Of a stretch of 64,000 nt of DNA, positions 26,621 to 35,175 are shown piece after piece. The notes below the pieces were generated by a model. It was given only the letters and a program-made list of their open reading frames with translations. It was not told the origin of the DNA and did not search any database. Within the stretch, counting starts at the first letter, position 1, and every line of letters starts with the position of its first letter. Position numbers and translations under genes: made by a program. The stretch is from Acidimicrobiales bacterium (GTDB lineage Bacteria > Actinomycetota > Acidimicrobiia > Acidimicrobiales > JAUJNH01): positions 432 to 64,431 of the forward strand of contig JBBSKY010000004.1 in assembly GCA_038255915.1 (NCBI GenBank). Direction: 5' to 3'.

Positions 26621-28492
26621 ATGAAGGTCGAACGGGGCATGCGGGTCGACGAGATGATGCAGCGCGAGGTGGCCACGGTCGAACCGGAGGCGACGCTGCA
26701 GGACGCGGCCCGGACGCTGCGCAAGTGGCAGGCCTCGGCGCTGATGGTGATGAAGGACGACCGACCGGTCGGCATCCTGACCGAGCGCGACCTGGTGCAG
26801 GTGGTCGGCGACGGCGAGAACCCGGCCTGGAACCGAGTCAGCACCCACATGGCCACCGACCTGGTCACCGTCGGCCCCGACCTCGACTGCGGCTCGGCGC
26901 TGGCCATCATGTCCGAGCACGCCATCCGCCACCTGCCGGTGGTCGACGACGGCCGCCTCGTCGGCCTGGTCTCGCTCGACGCCCAGCTTGACCGCGACCC
27001 GCCCGCCCACCAGGCCCACGCCCCCAGCAACGGCTCGGCGGCGCCCAAGGCCACCGAAGCGCCCAAGGCGCCGGCGGCCCCGGCCAAGGAGATTCCTCGG
27101 TTCCGGGGCCCTTACGCCGACGGCCCGCCCGATTCGGCCCTGGTCGTCGACCCGCCCAGCCTCACCGGGTTCGGGTTCGCCGAGCTACGGCGCATGGCCG
27201 TGGTGGGCCTGGTCCTCACCCTCACCGTGCTGCGGCGCCTGATCCCGAGCCTGCTGAAGATCCGCCACCGGGCCCCCGCCACCGCCGCCTGCAGGGGGCT
27301 CATCGACGGGTTCGAGGCGCTCGGCCCCACCTACGTCAAGCTGGGCCAGCTGATCGCCTCGTCGCCCGGCATCTTCCCCAAGGTGCTGTCGGACGAGGCC
27401 ATGCACACCCTCGACGAGGTGCCGCCCTTCGACGGCAAGGTGGCCAAGGAGATCATCCGCAAGGACCTGGGCCGCCCGGTGGCCCAGCTGTTCCTCAGCT
27501 TCGACCAGGCCCCCCTGGCCGCCGCCTCGGTGGGCCAGGTGCACGCCTGCGTGCTGCCCGACGGGCGCGACGCCGTGGTCAAGCTGCAGCGGCCCAACAT
27601 CTGCCACCGGATGGGCACCGACCTGCGGATCATGTACCGCCTGGCCAAGATCCTGTGCCGCTTCAGCAGCTTCGCCCGCAGCTCGAACGTGCTGGGCATC
27701 GTCGAGGACCTGCACCACGTCACCTTCATGGAGCTGAACCCGGTGGTCGAGGCCCACCGCCAGACCCGCTTCCGCAACGGCATCTCGGCCTTCGGCGACA
27801 ACAAATGGGTGACCGCCCCCGAAGTGTTCTGGGACTACTGCGGACCGAACATGATCTGCATGGAGCGGATGTACGGCATCCCGGTCGACGAGTTCGACAC
27901 CCTGCGGGAGCGGGGCATCGACTGCGAGCTGGTGCTGCGCCGGGGCGTGAAGGTGTGGATGGAGGCGGCGCTGGTGCACGGCGCCTTCCACGGCGACGTC
28001 CACTCCGGGAACCTGTGGATGCTGGAGGACGGGCGCCTGGCCTTCCTCGACTTCGGGATCATGGGCGAGCTGGAGGAGGACTGGAAGCAGCTGCTGCGCG
28101 ACCAGTTCACCACCACCATGCTCGACAACGACTTCAGCCGGGTGGCCCGGGCCTTCAAGCGGGTGGGCGCCTTCCCCGAGGACACCGGCACCGACGAGGA
28201 GGTGGGCCTGCGCATGCAGCTGGTGTTCGGGGCCATGCTCGACTCCGGCCTGTCGGACGTGAACCTGGGCGAGCTGCTGTCGTCGATCGTGGGCCTGATG
28301 GACCAGTACTCCAAGGAGGGCACGCCCCGCGAGCTGGTGCTGGTCATCAAGCAGCTCCTCTACTTCGAGCGCTACGCCAAGGAGCTGGCCCCGAAGTGGC
28401 TGATGTTCCGCGACCTGTTCCTCATGAAGAACGTTCTGGGCGAGCCGGTGCTGGCCGCCATCAAGGAGCGCGGCCTCACCATGCCCGAGTGA
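26621..28492 (+). CDS. CBS-pair fused to ABC1/UbiB (AarF) atypical kinase
   Basis: GILTERDL and IRHLPVVD CBS pair; LGPTYVKLGQ, AASVGQVH, VKLQRP, HGDVHSGN, DFG; start may be ATG 26639. Confidence 0.88.
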   Translation: MKVERGMRVDEMMQREVATVEPEATLQDAARTLRKWQASALMVMKDDRPVGILTERDLVQVVGDGENPAWNRVSTHMATDLVTVGPDLDCGSALAIMSEHAIRHLPVVDDGRLVGLVSLDAQLDRDPPAHQAHAPSNGSAAPKATEAPKAPAAPAKEIPRFRGPYADGPPDSALVVDPPSLTGFGFAELRRMAVVGLVLTLTVLRRLIPSLLKIRHRAPATAACRGLIDGFEALGPTYVKLGQLIASSPGIFPKVLSDEAMHTLDEVPPFDGKVAKEIIRKDLGRPVAQLFLSFDQAPLAAASVGQVHACVLPDGRDAVVKLQRPNICHRMGTDLRIMYRLAKILCRFSSFARSSNVLGIVEDLHHVTFMELNPVVEAHRQTRFRNGISAFGDNKWVTAPEVFWDYCGPNMICMERMYGIPVDEFDTLRERGIDCELVLRRGVKVWMEAALVHGAFHGDVHSGNLWMLEDGRLAFLDFGIMGELEEDWKQLLRDQFTTTMLDNDFSRVARAFKRVGAFPEDTGTDEEVGLRMQLVFGAMLDSGLSDVNLGELLSSIVGLMDQYSKEGTPRELVLVIKQLLYFERYAKELAPKWLMFRDLFLMKNVLGEPVLAAIKERGLTMPE

Positions 28493-28496
28493 GGGC

Positions 28497-29390
28497 TCAG
28501 GGGCAGGGGAGCTCCATGACCTGGCCCGGGAAGATGAGGTCGGGGTCGTCGGGCACGACGAGCCGGTCGCGGTTGCGGGCCACCAGGTCGACCCAGCAGG
28601 CCACCACCTCGCCGTCGGTGGGCTGACGCCCCAGCCGTTCGGCCTGGTGGCGCTCGGCCAGCCGCCAGAACGAGTCCCCGGGGCGCACGACCACCTCCCG
28701 GACGCCGGTGGCCGTCGGGTCGGTCGTTGGGCTGAGGCCGACGGACTGGTCCGTCGAAGCCGGGGCGGCCGCAGGGACTGGAGGTGCGGTGGCGGCGGGC
28801 CCGCCGGGTCGGCTGGCATCGGGGAGGCGGCGCAGCGTCGTGGTCGTGGGGTCTGGCGGGACAGCGGCCGCGTCGGGGAGGCGGCGCAGCGTGGTGGTGG
28901 GGTCGGACGGGGCGGAGGGTCCGTCGGCAAGGCGGCGAAGGCTCGGGACGGGGGTGTCGGAGGGGGCCGTGGCCGTGGCCGCGGCGGTGCCCGATCGACT
29001 CTGGCCGCCGTCCGGGCCGGCACCGGCCGGGGTGCTCAGCCCGATGGTGGCGGCCAGGCCGACGCCGAGCGCACCGTCCAGGAGGCGGCGGACGCCGGGC
29101 GGCGTCCACCGGTCGACCCGGGCCACCAGCCGGGCGGCGCCGAGCGCCCGGGCGACCAGGCCGGCCATCGTGACGGCGATCAAGCCAGCTCCGAGGACGA
29201 GGGCGGCCAGGCGCAGGACGCCGACGGCGAGGGCCAGCGGGTCGGCCTCGACCAGGGTCGGCGCCAGCCGGTCGGGATCGAGGGAGAGCGGCGGCAGGCG
29301 CCGCCCGGCCTGCCAAAGGACGGCCTCGCCGCCGACCAGTGCCGCCAGAGTGACAGCCACCCCCGCCAGGCGGCCGAGGCGGGTGCTCAT
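28497..29390 (-). CDS. Membrane protein with C-terminal LysM domain
   Basis: N-terminal TM helices, three LRRL(P/A)D repeats, VVRPGDSFW.LA...PDLIFPGQ. Confidence 0.82.
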   Translation of the reverse strand: MSTRLGRLAGVAVTLAALVGGEAVLWQAGRRLPPLSLDPDRLAPTLVEADPLALAVGVLRLAALVLGAGLIAVTMAGLVARALGAARLVARVDRWTPPGVRRLLDGALGVGLAATIGLSTPAGAGPDGGQSRSGTAAATATAPSDTPVPSLRRLADGPSAPSDPTTTLRRLPDAAAVPPDPTTTTLRRLPDASRPGGPAATAPPVPAAAPASTDQSVGLSPTTDPTATGVREVVVRPGDSFWRLAERHQAERLGRQPTDGEVVACWVDLVARNRDRLVVPDDPDLIFPGQVMELPCP

Positions 29391-30967
29391 GGCATGCCCC
29401 GAGGGTCGATCAGCAGATCGGCCGCTCCCGGACGGCTGAGCGAGGGCCGGTCGCAGCCGTCGGGCCCGGACACCACGGAGAGCTGGCGGGCCCCCGGCAC
29501 GGTGGCCACGGGGCGCCCGCGCTCCTCGGCCCCCGGTCCTGGCCAGGTGTCGAAGACGGCCAGCGACCCGGCGTGCAGGAGGGCGGGGGTCGGCTGCCCG
29601 TCACAGTTCCAGTCGCCCACCGCCCACCCGTCCCCGGCAGCCCCGAAGGCGAAGCGGGCGGCACCGGCCTGCAGCACCCCGTCGCTCCACGTCACCGTCT
29701 CTCTGCACCCGTCGAGGTCGACATCGGCCGAGGGGCCGGCCACGGCGGGACACCGGGGTGCCGGCGCCGCCGTCGGTTCGGGAAGGGAGGTCCGGGCGGC
29801 AACGACGACACCGACCAGGGCCAAGAGCGCGGCTCCCCCGGCAACCAGCCGTCGGCCGAGCAGCGCCCTGGCGAACCACGAGCGCCCCCGGCGAGGCACT
29901 GCGAAGGCAGCGGCCGGGAGGGTGTCGTCTGCTCCACCCTCGGGCGAACCCGTCAGCTCGTCAGGATCTCCCGACGCCAGGACCGCAAGGCGCCCGGGAC
30001 CGGCGCTTCGGCTCCGACGGGCTAGGAGCATCGACCGGCGGCGGCCCAGGGCGTCGTCCCGGCGATCTGTCCGGGCTGGCCCCCCGCTCCGACCCTCGAC
30101 CTCGGGCCGGGGGACCATCGGTCCCTCACCGCTGGGGGTGGGCGTCAGGTGGCCGGAGAGACGGTCGAGGAGCCCGGCCGGCGCCGTGCGGCCGGCGGGG
30201 AGGGCGGCGGCCCCGGGGAGGCGGCCCTGGGGGATCCGGTGGGCGACGGTGGCGGCCAGCGACCGGGCCGTCGGCCGGCGGGCCGGGTCGGGGTCCTGGG
30301 CCTGGTCAGCCAGCGCCGCCAGCGCCCGCCGGTCAACCTCAGCCGCGGGCGTCGGGGTCCGTGCCCGCCGCCGTGGGTTCGGCCGGCTGCCGAGGGCGCG
30401 GCGCAGGGCCAGCAGGGGCTCCTCCTCGGCGGTGGCCGACCAGTCGAGGAGGTGGGTGACGAGCGCCCCCCAGCCGGCGACGTCGGCGGTCGGGTCGAGG
30501 CGAGCCGGCGCCGCCGGGCCGGCATCGGCGGCGCCCACCACCGAACCGGCCTCGCCGCCGTGGCCGAGCGACACCAGGATGGCGCCCCGAACGCCGTCGA
30601 GCACCACGTGCCCGGGCTCCACGGCCCCGTGGACCAGGCCGGCGTCGTGGAGCCCGGCCAGCAGGCGGGCCACCTCGGCGGCGACGCCCGCCACCTCGAG
30701 CACCGGGAGGGGACCGGCCACGGCCAACGACGGCCCGGCCGCCGCCGTCGTGATCAGAACCGGATCGGAGTCATCCGACGACGGTGCCGCCACCACACTC
30801 GCCAGGCCGGCGACGCCCCGCTGGGCAGCCATCCGCAGCACCTCGGCCTCGTGCAGGAGCCTCTCCCGCTCACCCTGCAGGCAGGCGGTCTTGTGCACCA
30901 CCTCCGGACCCGACGGAACACCGACATCGGCCGGCACCAGGAGAACCTCCACGGCATCATGGTGCAT
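29387..30967 (-). CDS. Degenerate Ser/Thr kinase-like protein with TM and C-terminal Ca-binding-like loops
   Basis: LHDAGLVHGAVEPGHVVL (catalytic Asp absent), ADVAGWG, DPARRP; DLDGC, VGDWNCDG; start uncertain (frame open to 31204). Confidence 0.65.
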   Translation of the reverse strand: MHHDAVEVLLVPADVGVPSGPEVVHKTACLQGERERLLHEAEVLRMAAQRGVAGLASVVAAPSSDDSDPVLITTAAAGPSLAVAGPLPVLEVAGVAAEVARLLAGLHDAGLVHGAVEPGHVVLDGVRGAILVSLGHGGEAGSVVGAADAGPAAPARLDPTADVAGWGALVTHLLDWSATAEEEPLLALRRALGSRPNPRRRARTPTPAAEVDRRALAALADQAQDPDPARRPTARSLAATVAHRIPQGRLPGAAALPAGRTAPAGLLDRLSGHLTPTPSGEGPMVPRPEVEGRSGGPARTDRRDDALGRRRSMLLARRSRSAGPGRLAVLASGDPDELTGSPEGGADDTLPAAAFAVPRRGRSWFARALLGRRLVAGGAALLALVGVVVAARTSLPEPTAAPAPRCPAVAGPSADVDLDGCRETVTWSDGVLQAGAARFAFGAAGDGWAVGDWNCDGQPTPALLHAGSLAVFDTWPGPGAEERGRPVATVPGARQLSVVSGPDGCDRPSLSRPGAADLLIDPRGMP

Positions 30968-31045
30968 CAGAAAGCAATGACAAGCAAGTCCAAGACGTCC
31001 TAATCCCTGGTCGCTCGGACCAAGGGCATGTCGTGGCAAGGGATC

Positions 31046-31180
31046 GGGCCATCCCCGGCACCTCGGCCCAGGCTGCGCAGCAGCCTTACGCTGGGATGGT
31101 CGAGTCTCTCTGACGGGTCGAGGCCTCCTCAGCCAGCGCGGGCTCGGCTTGCTCGTGGACCCCGGGGCCATCCCCGGCAC
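31046..31180. repeat. 16-bp direct repeat pair enclosing hairpin-rich sequence
   Basis: GGGCCATCCCCGGCAC at 31046-31061 and 31165-31180. Confidence 0.85.
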
Positions 31181-31184
31181 TCTG

Positions 31185-31202
31185 GGCGAACAGACGTTCG
31201 CC
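31185..31202. promoter_or_regulatory. LexA (SOS) box
   Basis: GGCGAAC-AGAC-GTTCGCC; matches Gram-positive CGAAC-N4-GTTCG, between divergent genes. Confidence 0.8.
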
Positions 31203-31241
31203 ACGTCCAGGGTCGCACGGCCCGGGTCGTACGCTCCGAAC

Positions 31242-31445
31242 GTGCCCGCCCGCTACCGCTGCACCGCCTGCGGCAACCTCACCAGGTTCGACGTGCTGGC
31301 CACCCGGCGCACCCGGGCCTACCACCACTACTCGGTGGGCGGCGACCTGGAGGTCGAGGCCGAGGCCGTGCTGTCCGAGCGGGTCGAGGAGGTCACCTGC
31401 CGCTGGTGCGGCACCAGCGCGGCCGTCGAGGAGCTGCCCGGGTGA
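31242..31445 (+). CDS. Small zinc-ribbon protein
   Basis: CTACGNLTRFDV...CRWCG; TACGCT 6 nt before GTG. Confidence 0.8.
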   Translation: MPARYRCTACGNLTRFDVLATRRTRAYHHYSVGGDLEVEAEAVLSERVEEVTCRWCGTSAAVEELPG

Positions 31446-32917
31446 ACGGAGTCGACCCCGGGCCTGAGCGGCCCCTCGGAGCGGACGACGACGTCGAGCT
31501 TCTGGCCGGCCCCGAAGCCGACGAGCTGCTGCGGCCGGCGGCGGAGCTGGCCATCGAGCTGGCCCGGGCCGGCGCCCGCCTCCAGCCCCCGCAGGAGGTG
31601 CCCAGGGCCCTGATCCCGCTGCTCGGCCACGTCAAGGTCACCCGGGCGGCGCTGGCCACCGCCCGTCGTGTCGTCGAGTCGGACCCGGTGTACCGGGCCC
31701 GGCTGGCCGCGGCCACCCAGCTCCCCGACGCCCCCTCAACCCTCGGCCCGGCTGGGATGCTGTGGCTCAGCCGGCCCGAGGGGTGGCAGGCCGAGCTGGG
31801 CGCCCTGGTGGCCGAGGCCCGGGCGGCGGCCACGGCCCGGGCCGAGGAGGCCGGCGAGCGCAACGCCACCCGGCGTCTTCGCCATGCCGAGCAGTCCCGG
31901 GAGGGAGCCGAGCGGGCGGCCGAGACAGCACGGGCCACGGCCGAGGCGGCCCGCCACGAGCTGCAGGAGGAGCGCCGCCTGCGCCGCAGCGCTGACGAGG
32001 CGGTGGCCCAGGCCCGACGGCACGCCGCATCCCTGGAGGAGCAGCTGCGGGCCGCCCACCGCCAGGCCGCGGCGGCCGCCCAGCGGGTCACCGAGCAAGC
32101 CGGGGCCGCCGCCGAGGCCGCCGCCGCCCTTGCGGCCGCCGACACCGAGCGGCGAGCGCTGCGCTCGGAGGTGGAAGCCCTGCACCTGGCCGCCGCCGTG
32201 GTGCCGCCGGCCCCGGCCTCGCCGTCCGGGCCGACGGCCGAGCTGGCTGGCGTCGGCGAGGCGGTGGCCGCGGCCTCGTCGGCCGCCCTGGCCCTGAGCG
32301 CCGCCCTGGCCCGGGCTGCGGGAGCGCTGCAGCCGGCGGCCCCGGGGGATCCGCAGCAGGTAGAGCCGTCAGCCCGCGTCCCGGTCGTGGGCCCGACGCC
32401 GGCCCCCCGGCCGGCCACCCGACCCCGGTGGGTCCGAGCGCAGCGTCGGGGGGCCCGGCGCCGGCCGGCCCGCCTGCCGCCCCTCCTCCTCGACGACTCC
32501 CCCGCCGCGGCCCGGCACCTGGTCGGCCTGCCCGGCGTGGCCGTGCTCGTCGACGGCTACAACACCACGCTCACGGCCTGGCCCGAGCTGCCCCTGCCCG
32601 AGCAGCGGCTCCGGCTGGTGGATGCCCTGAGCGAGCTGGCCGCCCGCACCGGCGCCCGTCCCGAGGTGGTGTTCGACGGCGACGAGGTGGGCCCGAGCGT
32701 GCGGAGCGACACCCGCCCACGCTCGCTGGTCCGGGTCTCATTCACCGCCTCCGATGTGGAGGCCGACGACATTCTCATCGCCCGGGCCGGCGCCCTCCCA
32801 CTGCCGGTGGTGGTGGCCTCGGACGACCGGCGGGTGCGCGACGGCGCCCGATCTGCCGGCGCCAACGTCGTCGGCGTCGCCCAGCTGCTCGCCGTCCTCC
32901 ACCGCAAGCCGGGCTGA
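31442..32917 (+). CDS. Coiled-coil protein with C-terminal NYN/YacP-like RNase domain
   Basis: LVDGYN, VVFDG, EADD, VVASDDRRVRDG; GTGA overlap. Confidence 0.85.
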   Translation: MNGVDPGPERPLGADDDVELLAGPEADELLRPAAELAIELARAGARLQPPQEVPRALIPLLGHVKVTRAALATARRVVESDPVYRARLAAATQLPDAPSTLGPAGMLWLSRPEGWQAELGALVAEARAAATARAEEAGERNATRRLRHAEQSREGAERAAETARATAEAARHELQEERRLRRSADEAVAQARRHAASLEEQLRAAHRQAAAAAQRVTEQAGAAAEAAAALAAADTERRALRSEVEALHLAAAVVPPAPASPSGPTAELAGVGEAVAAASSAALALSAALARAAGALQPAAPGDPQQVEPSARVPVVGPTPAPRPATRPRWVRAQRRGARRRPARLPPLLLDDSPAAARHLVGLPGVAVLVDGYNTTLTAWPELPLPEQRLRLVDALSELAARTGARPEVVFDGDEVGPSVRSDTRPRSLVRVSFTASDVEADDILIARAGALPLPVVVASDDRRVRDGARSAGANVVGVAQLLAVLHRKPG

Positions 32918-32920
32918 GGC

Positions 32921-32942
32921 TGTCACAGCGCCCAGGAGACTG
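32921..32942 (+). promoter_or_regulatory. TGTCACAG-N4-CAGGAGACTG motif, copy 2
   Basis: GAGACT ends 6 nt before GTG 32948. Confidence 0.6.
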
Positions 32943-32947
32943 GGGCC

Positions 32948-33154
32948 GTGGACACCTCCTTCACCATCTCCTGTGCCGACTGCACCAGGCGGGCCACCCC
33001 GGCCTGCGACGACTGCATCGTCACCTTCCTGTGCGAGCGCGAACCGGACGACGCCGTGACCATCGACCTGGCTGAGGAGCGGGCCGTCCGCCTGCTGGCT
33101 GATGCGGGGCTGGTGCCCCGGCTGCGCCACCAGGCCTGCGGGCCCGGCGGCTGA
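32948..33154 (+). CDS. Small Cys-rich protein (CxxC-x7-CxxC)
   Basis: ISCADC...ACDDCIVTFL...LADAGLVPRLRH. Confidence 0.75.
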   Translation: MDTSFTISCADCTRRATPACDDCIVTFLCEREPDDAVTIDLAEERAVRLLADAGLVPRLRHQACGPGG

Positions 33155-33256
33155 CCCGTCGGTCACGGGTCGACGGCGGGGCGCAATCGTTCCACCAGTT
33201 GGGTGGGTGGTAACTGGTACGGTGCGCTGGACCGCCACGGCCAGGAGCCAGAAGCG

Positions 33257-35128
33257 TTGCACCAGCTGCACCTCGTCGGATTCACGGCCGACCACGACGG
33301 CCTGATCTTCAGCACCAGGCGGGACGCCACGTCTGGCGCGTACGTCGTCGGGATAGACGACGCGCTCTTCTCCGCCCTCGAGGAGGCCCGCCGGGCGGCG
33401 ACGGCCGAGCCGAACGACCCGACGGCCCAAGCGGACGCCGAACGGGTCAAGGCGCTCCGGCCCACCCAGCGCAGCAGCCTGTCGGTGCGCGACATCCAGT
33501 CGCGGCTGCGGACCGGCGTGACCCTGGTCGAGGTGGCCGCCGAGGCTGGGGTCGATGAGGAGTGGGTGGCCCGCTTCGCGGCACCGGTGCTGGCCGAACA
33601 GGCGGCCGTGGTCGAACGGGCCCTGCCCATGACCTTCACCACCAACCGCAAGGGCGCCTCCGGCCGCCCGCTGGGCGACTCGGTGCGCTGGAACCTGGCC
33701 GACCGCCACATCGCCGTCGACGCCGGGGCCCAGGCTACGGGGTGGACGGCGTTCCAGCTGGCTCCCGGCCAGTGGGGCGTGCGCTTCTCCTACCTGTCCC
33801 GGGGCCGCCATCAGGTGGCCGAGTGGAAGGTCAGCTTCGAGGCCGACGAGCTGACAGCGCGCAACCGCCTGGCCAGCGAGCTCGGCTACGTCGAGCCCGG
33901 TGCCCGGCGCCGCCCGCAGCCCGAGCCGCCCGCGGCCACGCCGGCCGCCACCTCCAGGAAGGCCTCCGCCGGTCGTCCGGGTCGGCCGGCCCGAACCGGG
34001 ACGGCCCGGACCAAGGCGGCCAAGGCCACGACCCCCAAGGCGGCTCGAGCCGCATCGTCCAAGCCGGCCACGGTGCCGGCAACGCCCAGCGCAACGAGGT
34101 CCACGGCGGCCAAGTCGGCCACGAAGAAGGCCACTGCGGCGAAGGCTGCGGGGGCGAGGAAGGCCGCGGGGGCGAGGAAGGCCGCGGGGGCGAGGAAGGC
34201 CGCGACGGCGAAGGCCGTGGCTACGAAGGCAACCCCGGCGAAGGCCGGCTCGAAGAAGGCCACGAGGGCCAAGGCCGCCTCGACGAACGTCACCGCGGCC
34301 AGGGCCACGCTGGGGCGGGCGACGCAGGCCGCTCGGCCCACGCCGGCCTCGAGGGGCGCAGCGGGGACGGCCAAGCGGGGCCTCGGTGCCTCGGCCCCGG
34401 CTCCTGCGCCGTCCGCGGCCGCCACCCCGGCCCCGGCCGCCGGGGCCGCCCGCTTCCCGGCCCCCCGGCCCGCGGCGGCCCGGGTGGGGACACGTCCGTC
34501 GGCCCCCGCCACCGCCGCTCGCTACCAGCCGGCCCCGCCCGCGCCGCCCGTCGCCCGCCCGTCGGCGCCGGCACCCCGCCCGCCGGCGCCCCGGGTGGCC
34601 AGCACGCGCCCGGCACAGGCCGCCCCCGAGCCCCTCCGTCGGCCCCGTCCGGGTCCCACGCCCCGGCCGCCGGCCGAGGCCGCTCGTCGGGCTGCCCGGG
34701 TCGTCCCCGAACCGGTCCACCGGGCCGGAGTCGAGCCCACCCTCCGCAGGGTTGCACCGCCCACGCCCCCGGCAGCGCCCAAGCTCACCGCAGACGCCCG
34801 GGCCATGCCCCTCGCCGAGCCTGCTCAGAACGACGCTCCCCCCTCGGTGACCCCGCTCCAGACGTCCCAGGCGGTCCGCCGCCTCCCGTCCCCGTCCGCC
34901 GCCTCCGGTCGCAGCGCCGAGGCCCGGCGCGCCGCCATCCGTCCCAACCCCCCCACCCAGACACCCCCCGATCCTCAACCTGAATCCCAACAACAAGCCC
35001 AACCAGAAGCCCAACCGACCTCCTCCCGACCTGCGCCTGCCATCGTGCGACCGGTCGGGGGCAGCGACGGAAGGCCCACCATCCTGATCATCGACGCCGA
35101 ACGGGCTTCGGACCGCCGACGGTCGTAG
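33257..35128 (+). CDS. sepH: Septation regulator SepH (DUF3071) with long Ala/Lys- and Pro-rich tail
   Basis: QLHLVG, LSVRDIQSRLRTG...VARFAAPVLAE; TTG start with AGGAG RBS. Confidence 0.85.
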   Translation: MHQLHLVGFTADHDGLIFSTRRDATSGAYVVGIDDALFSALEEARRAATAEPNDPTAQADAERVKALRPTQRSSLSVRDIQSRLRTGVTLVEVAAEAGVDEEWVARFAAPVLAEQAAVVERALPMTFTTNRKGASGRPLGDSVRWNLADRHIAVDAGAQATGWTAFQLAPGQWGVRFSYLSRGRHQVAEWKVSFEADELTARNRLASELGYVEPGARRRPQPEPPAATPAATSRKASAGRPGRPARTGTARTKAAKATTPKAARAASSKPATVPATPSATRSTAAKSATKKATAAKAAGARKAAGARKAAGARKAATAKAVATKATPAKAGSKKATRAKAASTNVTAARATLGRATQAARPTPASRGAAGTAKRGLGASAPAPAPSAAATPAPAAGAARFPAPRPAAARVGTRPSAPATAARYQPAPPAPPVARPSAPAPRPPAPRVASTRPAQAAPEPLRRPRPGPTPRPPAEAARRAARVVPEPVHRAGVEPTLRRVAPPTPPAAPKLTADARAMPLAEPAQNDAPPSVTPLQTSQAVRRLPSPSAASGRSAEARRAAIRPNPPTQTPPDPQPESQQQAQPEAQPTSSRPAPAIVRPVGGSDGRPTILIIDAERASDRRRS

Positions 35129-35175
35129 CCGCTGGCACGCCCCGGGGCGGCGCCAACCGGCTCTCACAGAACGAG

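Noticed and set aside
29930..30135. Atypical-codon stretch in the pseudokinase linker, possibly inserted repeats
   Set aside because: Boundaries could not be defined by eye
34140..34205. 18-bp tandem repeats (also 9-bp AAGACGACC repeats at about 24620-24648) as possible CRISPR
   Set aside because: No spacers; in-frame coding low-complexity repeats; no cas genes
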